From: Octopus vulgaris
Lineage: Eukaryota
Assembly (NCBI GenBank): GCA_951406725.2
Contig: OX597819.1
Location: forward strand, 72,664,001-72,728,000
Direction: 5' to 3'
DNA: 64,000 bases
Made by a program: the position numbers and the translations under genes. The notes beneath the pieces were generated by a model. The model was not told where the DNA came from and searched no databases. It worked only from the letters and a program-made list of their open reading frames with translations. Positions 26,575 through 39,264 of this stretch are shown here, one piece after another. The stretch's first letter is position 1, and each line of letters opens with the position of its first letter.

Positions 26575-27160
26575 TGCAGGAGTAGCTGTGTGGTAAGAAG
26601 CTTGCTTCCCAACCACATGGTTCTGGGTTCAGTCCCACTGCATGGCAATTGGGTAAATGTCTATAGGTACAGGAGTGGCTGTGTGGTAATAAGCTTGCTT
26701 CCCAACCACATGGTTCCCGGTTCAGTCCCACTGCGTGGCACCTTGGGCATGTGTCTTCTACTATAGCCTCAGGTTGACAAAAGCCTTGCGAGAGGGTTGG
26801 CAGACATAAACTGAAAGAAGCCCATCAAATACATATGTATGTGTCTCCCCACCAATGCTGGTGTGTTTACATCCCCATAACTTAGTGGTTCGGCAAAAAA
26901 TACCAACAGAATTAGTATTAGGCTTACAAAGAGTAAGTTCTGGGGTCAATTTGTTCGACTAAAGATGGTGCTCCAGCATGGCCACAGTCAAATGACTGAA
27001 ACAAGTAAGAGTATATATACATATACATTGTGTGTGTGTGTGTGTGTGTGTATACACACACACACACACACACAAATATACATAGACATAATCTCTTAAA
27101 CTCTTCAACTCGTTTCAGCTTGAAAGCTGCCATCATGCTGGAATACCAATACATACATAC

Positions 27161-27197
<37 letters not shown>

Positions 27198-27744
27198 TAT
27201 ACAAATACAAACATACATATACACACATGGTTATCCAAAGAGAGTGAGTGTGTTTAAATGTACTTTCAAACCTGCATTTAACTCGACAGACTCTCTCGGC
27301 ACCATTAATCCCACTTTTCAAACTTAATATTTGTTGATTTTTCTCTCAGTTGAGCCTCTAATAATATTGATGACAGCAATAATTATTTCATTGAATTAAA
27401 CATTTAACTGAAAGATTGTAAATGATTGTCCTAACAGATTTCTTGAAATCAGTCTAAAGAAATGGGTTTTTAAACAGCTTTTACAATTTAGTAGATTTTT
27501 TTCATCACTATCCTGAAGATGAGACATATTTTGTTTCTTTTACTCTTTTATTTGCTTCAATCATTTGACTGTGGCCATGCTAGAGCATCATCTTTAGTTA
27601 AATGAATCAACCCCAGGACTTATTCCTTGTAAACCCGGTACTTATTTTACCAGTCTCTTTTGCCAAACTGTTAAGTTATGGGGGATGTAAACACACCAAC
27701 ATCAGTTGTCAAGTGATAGTGGGTGGACAAACATAGACACACAA

Positions 27745-27793
<49 letters not shown>

Positions 27794-28147
27794 ATACATG
27801 GTTACGGGTTCAGTCCCACTGTGTGGAATCTTGGGCAAATGTCTTCTACTATAGCCACAGGCCAACCAAAGCCTTGTGAGTGGATTTGGTAGACAGAAAC
27901 TGAAAGAAGCCCGTCATATGTATATATATAAGTGTGTGTGTGTGTGTGTCTGTATTTGTGCCCCCAACATCGCTTGGCAACCGATGCTGGTGTGTTTACG
28001 TCCCTGTAACTTAGCAGTTCGGCAAATGAGACTGATAGAAAAAGTACTAGGCTTACAAAGAATAAGTCCTGGGGTCAATTTGCTCAACTAAAGGCGGTGC
28101 TCCAGCATGGCTGCAGTCAAATGACAAACAAGTAAAAGAATAAAAGA

Positions 28148-28184
<37 letters not shown>

Positions 28185-29315
28185 ACAGGCTTCTTTCAGT
28201 TTCCAGCTACTAAATCCACTCACAAGGCTTTGGTTGGCCCAAGGCTATAATAGCAGACACTTGCCCAAGGTGCCATGCAGTGGGACTGAACCCAGAACCA
28301 TGTGGTTGGGAAGCAAGCTTCTTACCACACAGCCACACCTGCACTTATGCTTGCAGAATATTTTCTATCAGTGGTCACAGATAATAATTCTTTCTAATTT
28401 TGGTACTAGGCCTGCAAATTTGAGGGAATGAGGAAGTTGATTACATCAACCCTAGCGCTCAACTGGTACTTATTTTATCAACCCCTAAAAAGCCAAAGTC
28501 AACTTCAGCAGCATTTGAACTCCGAATGGAAAGGGCAAGAAGATATGCCACAAAGCATTTTGTCCAACATGCTAACAAACCTGCCAATTCACTGCCTTTA
28601 ATGTTTCTAATTTTGGTACCAGCCCAGCAGTTTTAGAAGAAGGAGGAATAACTGATTACATCAGCATCAATACTTGACTAATATTTTATTTTAGTGACCC
28701 CCTCTTCACACCAAAGGATGACCAGTAAAACTGACCACAGTTGGCCTTGAACTCAGAATGTACCAAGCCGAAACAAATGCCACTAAGCAGTTTTGTCTGA
28801 TGTGTCAATGACTCTTGCCAATTCGTCACCGAATAGTAATAATAATATCATCGAGGATTAGCACTTTGACCTTTGATTGGTATCCTGGAGATAGAATATA
28901 TTTTGTTTGTCAAGTACTTTCTACCAGACACTCTTTACTTACTTGTTTCAGTCATTTGACTGCGGCCATGCTGGAGCACCACCTTTTAGTCGAGCAAATC
29001 GACCCTAGGACTTATTCTTTGTAAGCCTAGTACTTATTCTATTGGTCTCTTTTGCCGAACCGCTATGTTACAGGGTCGTAAACACATCAGCATTGGTTGT
29101 CAAGCGATATTGGGGAGACAAACACACACACATATATATATACATATATATGATGGGCTTCTTTCAGTTTCCGTCCACCAAATCCACTCACAAGGCTTTG
29201 GTCGGCTAGAGACTATAGTAGAAGACACTTGCCCAAGGTGCCACGCAGTGGGACTGAACCCGGAACCATGTGGTTGGTAAGCAAGCTACTTACCACATAG
29301 CCACTCCTGCGCCTA
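26575..29315. mobile_element. Cluster of family A SINEs in alternating orientation (+26575-27010 with duplicated head; -27535-27750; +27795-28150; -28185-28345; -28935-29315)
   Basis: Repeated head ggagtggctgtgtggtaa..cccaaccacatggttc.gggttcagtcccactg and tail ggtgctccagcatggcc.cagtcaaatgactgaaacaagt. The 28935-29315 copy retains CpGs, suggesting it is young. Confidence 0.85.
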
Positions 29316-29329
29316 CGAATAATAATAAT

Positions 29330-29530
29330 AATGCTTTCAAATTTTGCCACTAGGGCAACAATTTTGGGGGAGGGGTTAAGTCGATTACATCAACCCCAGT
29401 GTGCAACTGGTACTTATTTTATTGACCCTGAAAGGATGAAAGGCAAAGTCGACTTCGGCGGAGTTTGAACTCAGAACAAGAAGAAAATGAAATGCCTCTA
29501 AGCATTTTGCCTGGCAGTGCTGACGATATA
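29330..29530 (-). mobile_element. SINE family B (Nin/Deu-domain-like core); other copies ~7630-7840, 28385-28600, 54170-54365, 55490-55682, 61410-61590
   Basis: Core ttctgagttcaaa..ccgccgaagtcgactttgcctttcatcctttc.gggtc.ataaaataagtaccag. Resemblance to the Nin domain is from memory and not verified. Confidence 0.7.
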
Positions 29531-30169
29531 ATAATAATAATAATAATAATTTGAATGAATCTTACTTCTCAGAATCTGGTCACTTTTCCCTACAATATAT
29601 AATTTTTAATAATAAATTACTCCTGTATTGAAATGTGCAACTTATTGCTTGAGGTTTCTGGGTGAGACTTTGAACAACACATAAAGCAAACAACAAAATG
29701 ATAATATCATGGAGGTTTTAAAATTTGCATTTGTAATCAAGACAATAATAACACTGCTTCTTTCTTTTGTATTAATCTAAGAGATGAATATCCTAGTGAA
29801 ATGAAATCCTGACCCCAACTGAGTAGCACTTGTAGCATATACAGGTTGCTAAGCAATATGAAGGTCAGTGATCAAATTAAAACAGATCAGTGACAAAACA
29901 AGGTGAATGAAATGAAATATCAAAGAGTATTGATATTTCTATATAATGCAGCAAATAGTTGATCTACAACAAAATAAGTGAGATTCAACTTAAAGTAAGC
30001 TGTTGTCCCCATAATTATAGCTGTAGGATTACAAAAATATATTTTGATGTTTATCCTAATGAAACAGCTGTTGATCAAGACATATAAACTATTCATGAAA
30101 CTTATGCATTTCTGCTTTTACCTCAAATATGTTGCTTTTCACAATTGTTTTAACTGATCATACATTACA

Positions 30170-30550
30170 TATTTATCTTTATCTTCTACTTGTTTCAGTC
30201 ATTGGACTGTGTCCATGCTGGGGCACTGCCTCAGAGAGATTTTAGTTGATCAACCCCAGTACTCTTTTTTTATTAAAACCTGTTACTTATTCTATCAGTC
30301 TCTTTTGTCAAACAAAGTTATATGGATGTAAACAAACCAACACCAGTTGTCAAGCAGTGGTAGGTAGTCATACAGATATATAGACATGCACATATACGTC
30401 AGTTTCTGTGTAACAAATTCACTCACAAGGCTTTGGTTGGACCAAGGTTATAGTAGATGACACTTGCCCAACGTGCTACACAGTGGAACTGAACTCAGAA
30501 CCAGGATGTTGGGAAGCAAACTTTTACCACGAAGACACACCTGCACCTAT
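30170..30550 (-). mobile_element. tRNA-derived SINE (family A); further minus-strand copies at ~53330-53665 and 54860-55235
   Basis: Same head and tail blocks as other family A copies. Confidence 0.75.
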
Positions 30551-30599
30551 GAATTTAAATTTTGAAGGTTATGCATCAATCCTCTAAATGGTGTTTTAA

Positions 30600-30819
30600 C
30601 TTTTTAGCATTCAAACCGACCATATCCAGCCCAGATATCCCAACTGTTTTATGTTCAAACTGGCTAGATCCAGCCTCTCACACCTACCCTACAATATCAT
30701 CCTAAAAATAAACAATCACATCATCAAAATGTCAAAGCTATGAGATAATGCGTGATTAATTCAAAATAATGTGTGTAACTAAAGATTAGATTTGACAGGG
30801 TAATGTGAATGCTGAAGGG
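30600..30819. mobile_element. piggyBac-type MITE (family P1); another copy at ~31329-31550 and a split copy at ~52397-52903
   Basis: ttaa|c..tttagcattcaaac...gaatgctgaaggg|t. Body is the reverse complement of 59614-59833. Confidence 0.75.
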
Positions 30820-33800
30820 TTTAATCTCTAGATTGATGCATTTGCCAATTAGAAGTAACAGCTTATCAGAGAAATACTGCATTATTATTCCTCTAGATTG
30901 TACCTGATATTGGTTTTTGCAAGTAAATGATGGTCCATCCAAGTAAAATAGGAATCAAAGGGGTCCATAGGTAAAAAATGGTTGAGAACAAGATTTAGAC
31001 AAATCCTGTGTTTTGTGAACAACAGAGGAGCAATTTGACAATATTTTAATTTAGTATATTTTTCTCTTAACTTATTCTACTCCCTTCTCAACCCTGTTTA
31101 TGAAATATTGGCTTTAAGTTAGTGACTCATTTATAATTGATTCTTTTATTTACTATTGGGTATATACTTGGTTCCAAGTTTAAGAAATTAAAGATATGAG
31201 TAACAGTTAAGCAATTTCTTATGTTCTCCCTCCCCTAAAAAATAATGTGAAACTTTATCAAACTAAACAACCCTGCTTTTCAATTAATTTTTCAATACAC
31301 ATTCTTTACAAACATCTTTTCTTTAAAACCTTTAGCATTCAAAGCAGCCATATCCAGCCTAAAATACTCTACCCCCCTCTATGTTCAAACCAGTCAGATC
31401 CACCATCTTACACCTACCCTACAATATCATTCCCAAAGTAAAGAGTCACATCACAGAAATCTCACAGCTATGAGATAATGCAGGACTAATTCAAAACAAT
31501 GTGAATAAAATAAGCATTATACTTGACAAAGAAATCTGAATGCTAAAGGATTAGGAGCAATATCCAAGCCCTTATTCACAATTTTTTTTTCTCCATACAA
31601 TGAACGAGGGACTAATTTTAATGCAAAAGGAGGCAAAATTATTTATCATTTCTCAGGCTGTTGAGGGGGAGCATTTACAAAACGAACAGCATTAATTTTT
31701 TTTCTTTCACTAATTAGCAACAAAAATCAATTAAAAATATCAGATTGAGTTGAGCATGATTAACATTTTTTTAATGTGAGGGATCAGGAAAGAAATATTA
31801 GGAGTCAGGGTGGTTTGTAAGGTAGGAGGGGAGTGGGGGATTAGTCCCTCTTCCACATTCGGGCCACATGTTATTTTCATAGAGAAGGGAGTCGGACATT
31901 ATCAGAAAGACAAATGGGCGCAGTCAAGTAAATAAACAACAAAAACAACACTTATGAAAAATCAATTTACTGTTACTTGCAAACATCACTAAATATCCTC
32001 AGGAGAGATCTTTCAAGAATATATATATATAAAAAAAAAAAAAAGAGAAAACTCTTTATATAAGAATCTTATTTTGTATATATTACAATTTATACATTTT
32101 TTCAGACCTATGTATTTTTTTGTTCCAGTTTTATTTTTTTCAAATTTTTTTTATTATTATTATTATTTGGTATTTCAAGAAATGTGAACTCATTCATCCA
32201 TCCGTTTATCACGAAATACCAGCAATATAAACATACTGCCCCAATCAGTAGCGCAAAGGCTATCTGATGAAAATGTGTAATGTATTCAAAATTTGACACA
32301 TGAAAAATAATAGTTCATTTTGGAAAATGACTTGAGCATTTTTTTGTTTTTGTAAAAAGGTGCCAATTATATGAGCGGCAAGAACCTTAGGATGAAGAAG
32401 GAATGGTGGAAGTAACAGGTTTTGTCATATCTGAAGAGTTTTTTTTTTTGTTTTGTTTTGTTTTGTTTCTTCTTTCTCTTTTTTTTCTTTCATTTTGTAT
32501 TATTTTTTTCATTTATTATTTTTAAAACTTTTTGTATCAAGCAACAACAGCCACACACCATGTCTGCAGCTCAGTGGATTTCTCATGCAGAGTTATCTTC
32601 CCCTCAGTCAGTAATAAAAGTGTTTCAAATTTATGTCCTCAAGTCCCGGACACAGGACGTCGTTGTTTACATTTGGAAATTACCTGGAAACAATGCTGCG
32701 TGTTTGGTGTGTTGTTTGTGTATGTTGAGGTGTAGCATGTCGGCATTTAATGGGTCGGGGGTGGGGGTACATAGAATTGTGGAGGGGCAGGCGGGTGTAA
32801 AGACAGAGGGAGATAATAAAAATGACACCAATGTCAAAAAATAAACTCTGAAATGACTTGGCCATAATATCCCAAATGGATTAACACAGAAACCGAATTT
32901 TTTTTTTCAGAAATAAACTCTTAGAAATCATTGCACAGCTGCCAATTAGACTATCGTTGAATTTCAGAGCAAATTTAGAGACAATATTGGTGAGTGACCA
33001 TAATAAGGGGGTGGAAGGGACAGAGGGGATTGGGAGAAAAAAAAAATAACTAGCCCAAAGAGATAAAAAAACAATGGTATTAATATTTAATGGGATATTA
33101 AACAATACCTGTAACGCCACCAAATCTTTGTCTTTATATATATTTTTTAATCATTTTTTTTTTTACTTTCCCTTGGAATGAAGAAATAAATTAAAAGGAA
33201 ATGTCCTGAAAAAGGTCATGTTGCTTGCCACAGGTTTCGAACGCTACATGATGACATATATCAAAATAACATATTTAGCTGTCTTGTAATTTCTTTTGGA
33301 TTAAAATGGCTGACATATTTTTGCATTATTATCATTATAATTATTATTATTATATTTTTAAAATTTGAATGTCACGCATGATAGAATTTCACTGGGTTTA
33401 TTACTAAAGGAATAACTTTGTTAGTTATGTAAATATTAGAAAAAAAAAATTACACTAGACATGACTTTATTTAGACTTTGCCAGGCTAACCTGACCATTT
33501 TAGTTGTCGGTACAAATTATTAGGTTTAACCTATACATGCCCACCACTCCCAACAATACAGAAATGGAGTCAATACCCAAGATACAAAATTTACATTATA
33601 CTATTAACAGCCAGTAAAATTCCCATCTGAACTTACAACAATAATTTAGTAACTGAGTAGCTTGATGTAATTAATGGGTTAACGATGTAATTGAAAGAGG
33701 GCAGTGAAATAGTGCTGCTAAACAATCAGACAATTACACACACAAGTTTCATTAAATACCCAACTGTGTTCAAAAGTTATTTTTTTGATTTTGGACTTTT

Positions 33801-34088
33801 TGCATGTTCTAAGTTTTGCTTTTTTTAACCATTAGCTTAGGAATAATCAAATTCCTAAATTCATATTCAATGTTTCGAAATTTTCAGAGTTTAAGAAACT
33901 AACACAAATGTCAAATATATTTAATTCCTGAAACCAAAACTGAGAAAGTCTGGAAACATCAAATATGAATTTAGGAAATTTATTGTTCCAAACAGTAAAG
34001 AAGAAAAAAGAAAAAAAAAACATCTAAAACCTTGAATGCAGTCATGTATTTAAAACATACACACACAGACACACATACTTATATACAT

Positions 34089-34141
<53 letters not shown>
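34089..34141. repeat. (TA)n microsatellite (representative; many (TA)n, (CA)n, (ATT)n and (GA)n tracts occur across the window)
   Basis: Direct inspection. Confidence 0.95.
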
Positions 34142-34142
<1 letters not shown>

Positions 34143-34144
<2 letters not shown>

Positions 34145-34361
34145 ACATAAGGGACTAAAGCCATCTGAATATGGCTAGGGACAGGGCAGGGTGGTGGGGG
34201 TGTTACTGTTGCATTTAGCCCCAGGCGAACATCGACGTCACCAGAAAGGCCGAGCCTTTCTGGTGACGTCGATGTTCGCCTGGGGCTAAATGCAACAGTA
34301 ACACCCCCACCACCCTGCCCTGTCCCTAGCCATATTCAGATGGCTTTAGTCCCTTATGTTA
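34143..34361. repeat. Perfect inverted repeat, 108-bp arms with 3-nt spacer
   Basis: 34143-34250 is the exact reverse complement of 34254-34361; spacer cga. Confidence 0.97.
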
Positions 34362-35172
34362 TCGAGCAGTTACTGTCTATATCCCTTTTAGAGAATTATT
34401 ATTGCTATATATATGTATATACACACATATACATTTACACCATTGTATACTCATACACATTCATATACAGCTTTCTTTTTCTCTCTCTCATAAATACACA
34501 CACACACATAAATATACACATTATATATCACATTTAGTGAACCATAAGAAATGTTGGGTACAGGCATCCAACAGGCCAATCACTGGTTCACAGCATTTCT
34601 GGTGGCGAGATTGACAAGGAAGAGAGTGCCTCATACTTGGTGCAGAACAACTGTTGCAAGAAACTCCAAACAAAAAGTACTGCTGCTTATTTATAATCTT
34701 TACTGCCACACACACACACACAGAAAACATGACTCCTCTAATTTTATCTATTTTCATCAAGACCTTTCTTGTTTTCCAATATTTTTGTACAAGGCCCTTG
34801 TTATTCCTTTGGAAAAGTTCCTAAATCGATATTTTGAAAACTTTCTCAGCTACATCTTCAGGATGGTGAGTGCAACAGACTCTTTTGCTGTAGACATCTG
34901 TGACTTATTGTAGACTTTATTGGCAGAATTTAAATAGTTAGATATATCAACTGTTACATGTTCATGCTATGTGTGTGACATGCACATTATTTTTGGACAT
35001 GCTTTGTGTTATCCATTGCAGTTTATTTGTTGTGGGTAATTCTGTTCAGTATGGACATGTTGTCCACTAATGTTTTCCTATCTAGATTTTAGGTTTTCCT
35101 TTTGTGCTTCATGGCTTTGTAAATACAGTCATGTTTTTGATATATGCCACACATACACACATCCATGTATAA

Positions 35173-35211
<39 letters not shown>

Positions 35212-36621
35212 TACACACACACACACACACATGTATGCATACAAACAATGTATACCAACAAAAATATATTTTTAAAATGTGCCTCTTCATGGGAACAAGG
35301 TCATTCACAAACTAAATAGATTACTCGATACTTCAGGAAATAGATTTAAATATATAGATTATTTCTGTAGTAATTAACAGGTTTATAAATCTGCTTCCTC
35401 AATTTTGATATTTTCAGAACTTGTTCTGAAGATATCATGTTCAAAAGAGATTTATAAAACTGGAAACTGCTATTTAAATCATTCATATGTGTGTGTGTGT
35501 GTGTGTGCATGTATATGTAGATGTATGTGTGTATATGTGTATGAATATATGTACATATATGCACACACACACACACACACTGTATATTCAGCAGGATTAA
35601 TTTGCATCAGAGTGGTATCTTGCACCAGACGATATTGAAATTGGTACGAGGCACTTAGAGTTGGAATAACTTACCAGAACTCATACCACAGTCTGAGTTT
35701 AGCTAGCATATGATCCGCTGAGGTACTGGAGGTATCGACAATTGAACAATAGTTTTTTTTTTTTTTTTTTTGGTTATAATTCTGATTCAAATATAGACTG
35801 AGCAAGTTGTATAGTGACTCAGATGCCATGTTCTCTCATTTTTTGAACCATCTTGGAGAAGAATTGTGAAGTTATGTACAAACCACAAGTGTTAAAAATT
35901 AGTTGGTTGGGATTTGTTATGGATATATATGTTTTCTCGTTTTTTTATTTTTTTTTTTCAGTTTTTCAGGAATGGCACGGTTAATGAGTGGCAAGATACA
36001 CTGATATGGAATCGAATGGCGACTGAGTTTAACTAACTGCAGGCACTGTTGCATGACAAGTCTTCAATTTTCTGCCTGGCCTCTGTCTCTATTTCCATCC
36101 CTGGACATTTGGCCAAATTATATTCTGAATCAAGCAGTTACATGTATTTTTATAAATTTGTGAAAAAAAAAAAAAATTTAAGAAACTACACAAATAAAAC
36201 CCAAGGAAATCGAATACTAAGAATTAATATCAATCTATATTAGTTTAATGTTAACATTATTTGCTACTCACCCTCATCAATGCCATAAATAGATCAGAGA
36301 CAATATTGGAACCATTAGTTCAGTTGAACAGTTTTCATTGTACTCCAGTGTCATTTTACATATTGGCACTAGCTATTAAACCCAGAGCTGCTAACGGGGC
36401 CTCAACTAATTACTGTCTCAGCTACAGGAGTTCAATTTACTTTATCTTCTAAAATAAAATTTGGAAGCCAGAAAATACACTAAAGATTAAAAAGAAAAAC
36501 CTTCCGGTTAGTTCTATGAATGAGCAATCCTCAAATGTTTCGTGATCATTGTTTATAAATATATATTATGTGTGTGTGTATGTGTGTGTGTGGCATAAAA
36601 ATCAGACCACTTTCGATTATT

Positions 36622-36658
<37 letters not shown>

Positions 36659-36957
36659 TAATAATGATGGTTTCTGATTTAGGCTCAGAGCCAGTAATTT
36701 TGAGGGAAAAGGGTAAGTCACTACCATCAATCCCCGTTACTTCACTGGTACTTTATTTTATTAACACCCAGAGGGATAAAAGGCAAAATTGACCCTGACA
36801 ACAATGATAAAAGTAGTAGTAGCAGTAGTAGTAGTAAAATTATTTTTATGAAGGAATGTGTTTAATTAATCAGAGAAAACAATGAGAAGGGAAACACCAA
36901 AGAATTAGCAGGTCCTGGCATCTTAATTGTCATCTAATATACATGTTTATGTGTGTG

Positions 36958-36988
<31 letters not shown>

Positions 36989-38672
36989 GTGTGTGCATGT
37001 GTGTTTATGTGTATGTATGTATGTATGTATATATATATACATACATACACATATGCACACACATGTATATGTATGTGTGTATGTACACACACAATAGGTA
37101 AGAAAATATCAAAAAAACATTTGTATTCTCTTCTATATAAGCATGTTATAAATGACTTGATGCCTTACAACTCTAAGCTCATATCTTATTCTATAATACA
37201 TACATATTTACAAGTATTTTTTTTCTGTATTAGACCACAGCAATTGTTTTTTGAATAAATTAAGTTATACTTATCCTTAATGGGAGAGAGAGAAAGAGAG
37301 AGAGAGAGAGAAAGGCACTGTTGATTAATGGGTTTCCAGTACTAAAACTTCAACACCTTTTATTGAATATTAATGAGCAAAACATTTCACACACACACAC
37401 ACACAAAGCAAATGGAAGGAGTCCAGCCACATTTATTCGGATGGATGGAAATTTATATTATTATATATATAGAATTATGCTCATGCACACATCCATTCTT
37501 TCACACATACACACACACACGCGCACACAAATGCTCATACATACAGAGAGGATTTTCTGGTTTTAGCTATCCAGTTAAAATATTTGGGGAGTTGCTGGAA
37601 TTGTTCAGAGGTACTGTTGTCAAACATGGTCCTAGAAGATAACCTTGATATTGTTTCATTTTATAAATATTTTAATAAATATTTAACTACAATTCATAAA
37701 AATTTGAATGAAAAAAAAAAGACATTAAATTATTTTGAGCCGTCTAACGAGGTATTCTTTTTTTTTCTTTTCATTTCATTTTTGATGAAGCTTTATATAT
37801 GTAATGGATTAAAAGCACAACAGAATTCGGCAATTCTGTGCCAATGGTACTTCAAAATTAAATACTGCATCATTAAAATAAAAATATAACAAGCAAAGGG
37901 AGGAGGGGTAGGGAACAAAGCATATTTAGTTCTAGAAGCAAACGGAAAAAAATTTGTTAAAAATTTGACATAAATTATAAATTACTAAAGCAAATTTCTT
38001 TTGTGTTTCTGTCGTTTCCAGTTGTAGATGCACGATGAAACCACAGATACATTTTTAATTCAAAAAAAAAAAAAAGAGAAGAAGAAGAGAGAAAAATAAA
38101 AGAAAAACAAATTGTTGGATAAAGGATATCCGCACTAACTGTGAGCATCATGTCTGATTGGTCAAATTTGAAACGCTTAATAAACGACATTTCAAACCAA
38201 TGTTTTTATTTTTTTTTTTACAGAACTATAGACAATATTTTATCTTTTGACTTCCTTATATATAAAAATTATAAATTAATAAATTTAACGACTTTCATGT
38301 TTAGTTTTCAATAATGAGACTATGAAGAAACACAAGGCTTCATGGTCTGTCCCATTACACTTCAATGAATTTCTTTGTTGTAAATGATTTTATTTATATT
38401 TTTTTTTTGGTGGAGTTTAAGATTTAATATACTAACTAGAATTTACTCGGTGAAAAATGAGAAAATACTTTGATTTTATATATATAGTTAATTAAAAAAA
38501 AAATGATATTAATGATGATGATGATGGTAATGATGGTGACTATGGTGAAGATGAAGAATAACTGATAAATACTCAAGCTTTACACACACATACATTCACA
38601 CACACACACACACACACAGGATTATATAAATAGAAGATAGATGTTTCATATAAGTATATTTAAGTAGTATAA

Positions 38673-38719
<47 letters not shown>

Positions 38720-38804
38720 GCCTTATAATTAATTGCATATGTGGACATAAATCACTTTAACATTAGATGAAAATCACATTAAATTGAAGCATAAATCTGA
38801 TGTT

Positions 38805-38835
<31 letters not shown>

Positions 38836-39220
38836 TCTGTAAGACCATAGAACCAGACAGGAAGATTTGTTATCACATGGAATTAATATGTGAAAATCAA
38901 TATTCCTTGAAACCTTAAAAAAGGAAAACTGTGTGTATGTGTATCTGTGTGTGTTATATATATAAACACATATACATGACTAAATTTCCAAATGTAAATA
39001 TATCTATATACATGTCCATAGCTGTGTATATACATCCATGCATATATATGTATGTATGTATGTATGTATATGTGAATGTAGACATGTGCGTGCATGTGCA
39101 CACACACACACAGACAGACAGACAGTCAGACTCAGTATATATTCATTCACACACACACATACGTACTTAGTTTTCATTATAGTGAGAAACAAACTGAACT
39201 GCAGCTTTAAAGTTTTGTAC

Positions 39221-39264
<44 letters not shown>

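Noticed and set aside
32108-32299. Small single-pass membrane protein ORF
   Set aside because: GTG start with no in-frame ATG; hydrophobicity is explained by the T-rich sequence.
35675-35730. Cassette exon or miRNA hairpin ending CTG|gtaagt
   Set aside because: In-frame stops follow the plausible acceptors, and the hairpin is too short and weak for a pre-miRNA.
38155-38202. Possible pre-miRNA hairpin (ttggtcaaatttgaaacg...catttcaaaccaa)
   Set aside because: Only about 13 bp with a bulge, AT-rich, and no recognisable mature miRNA.
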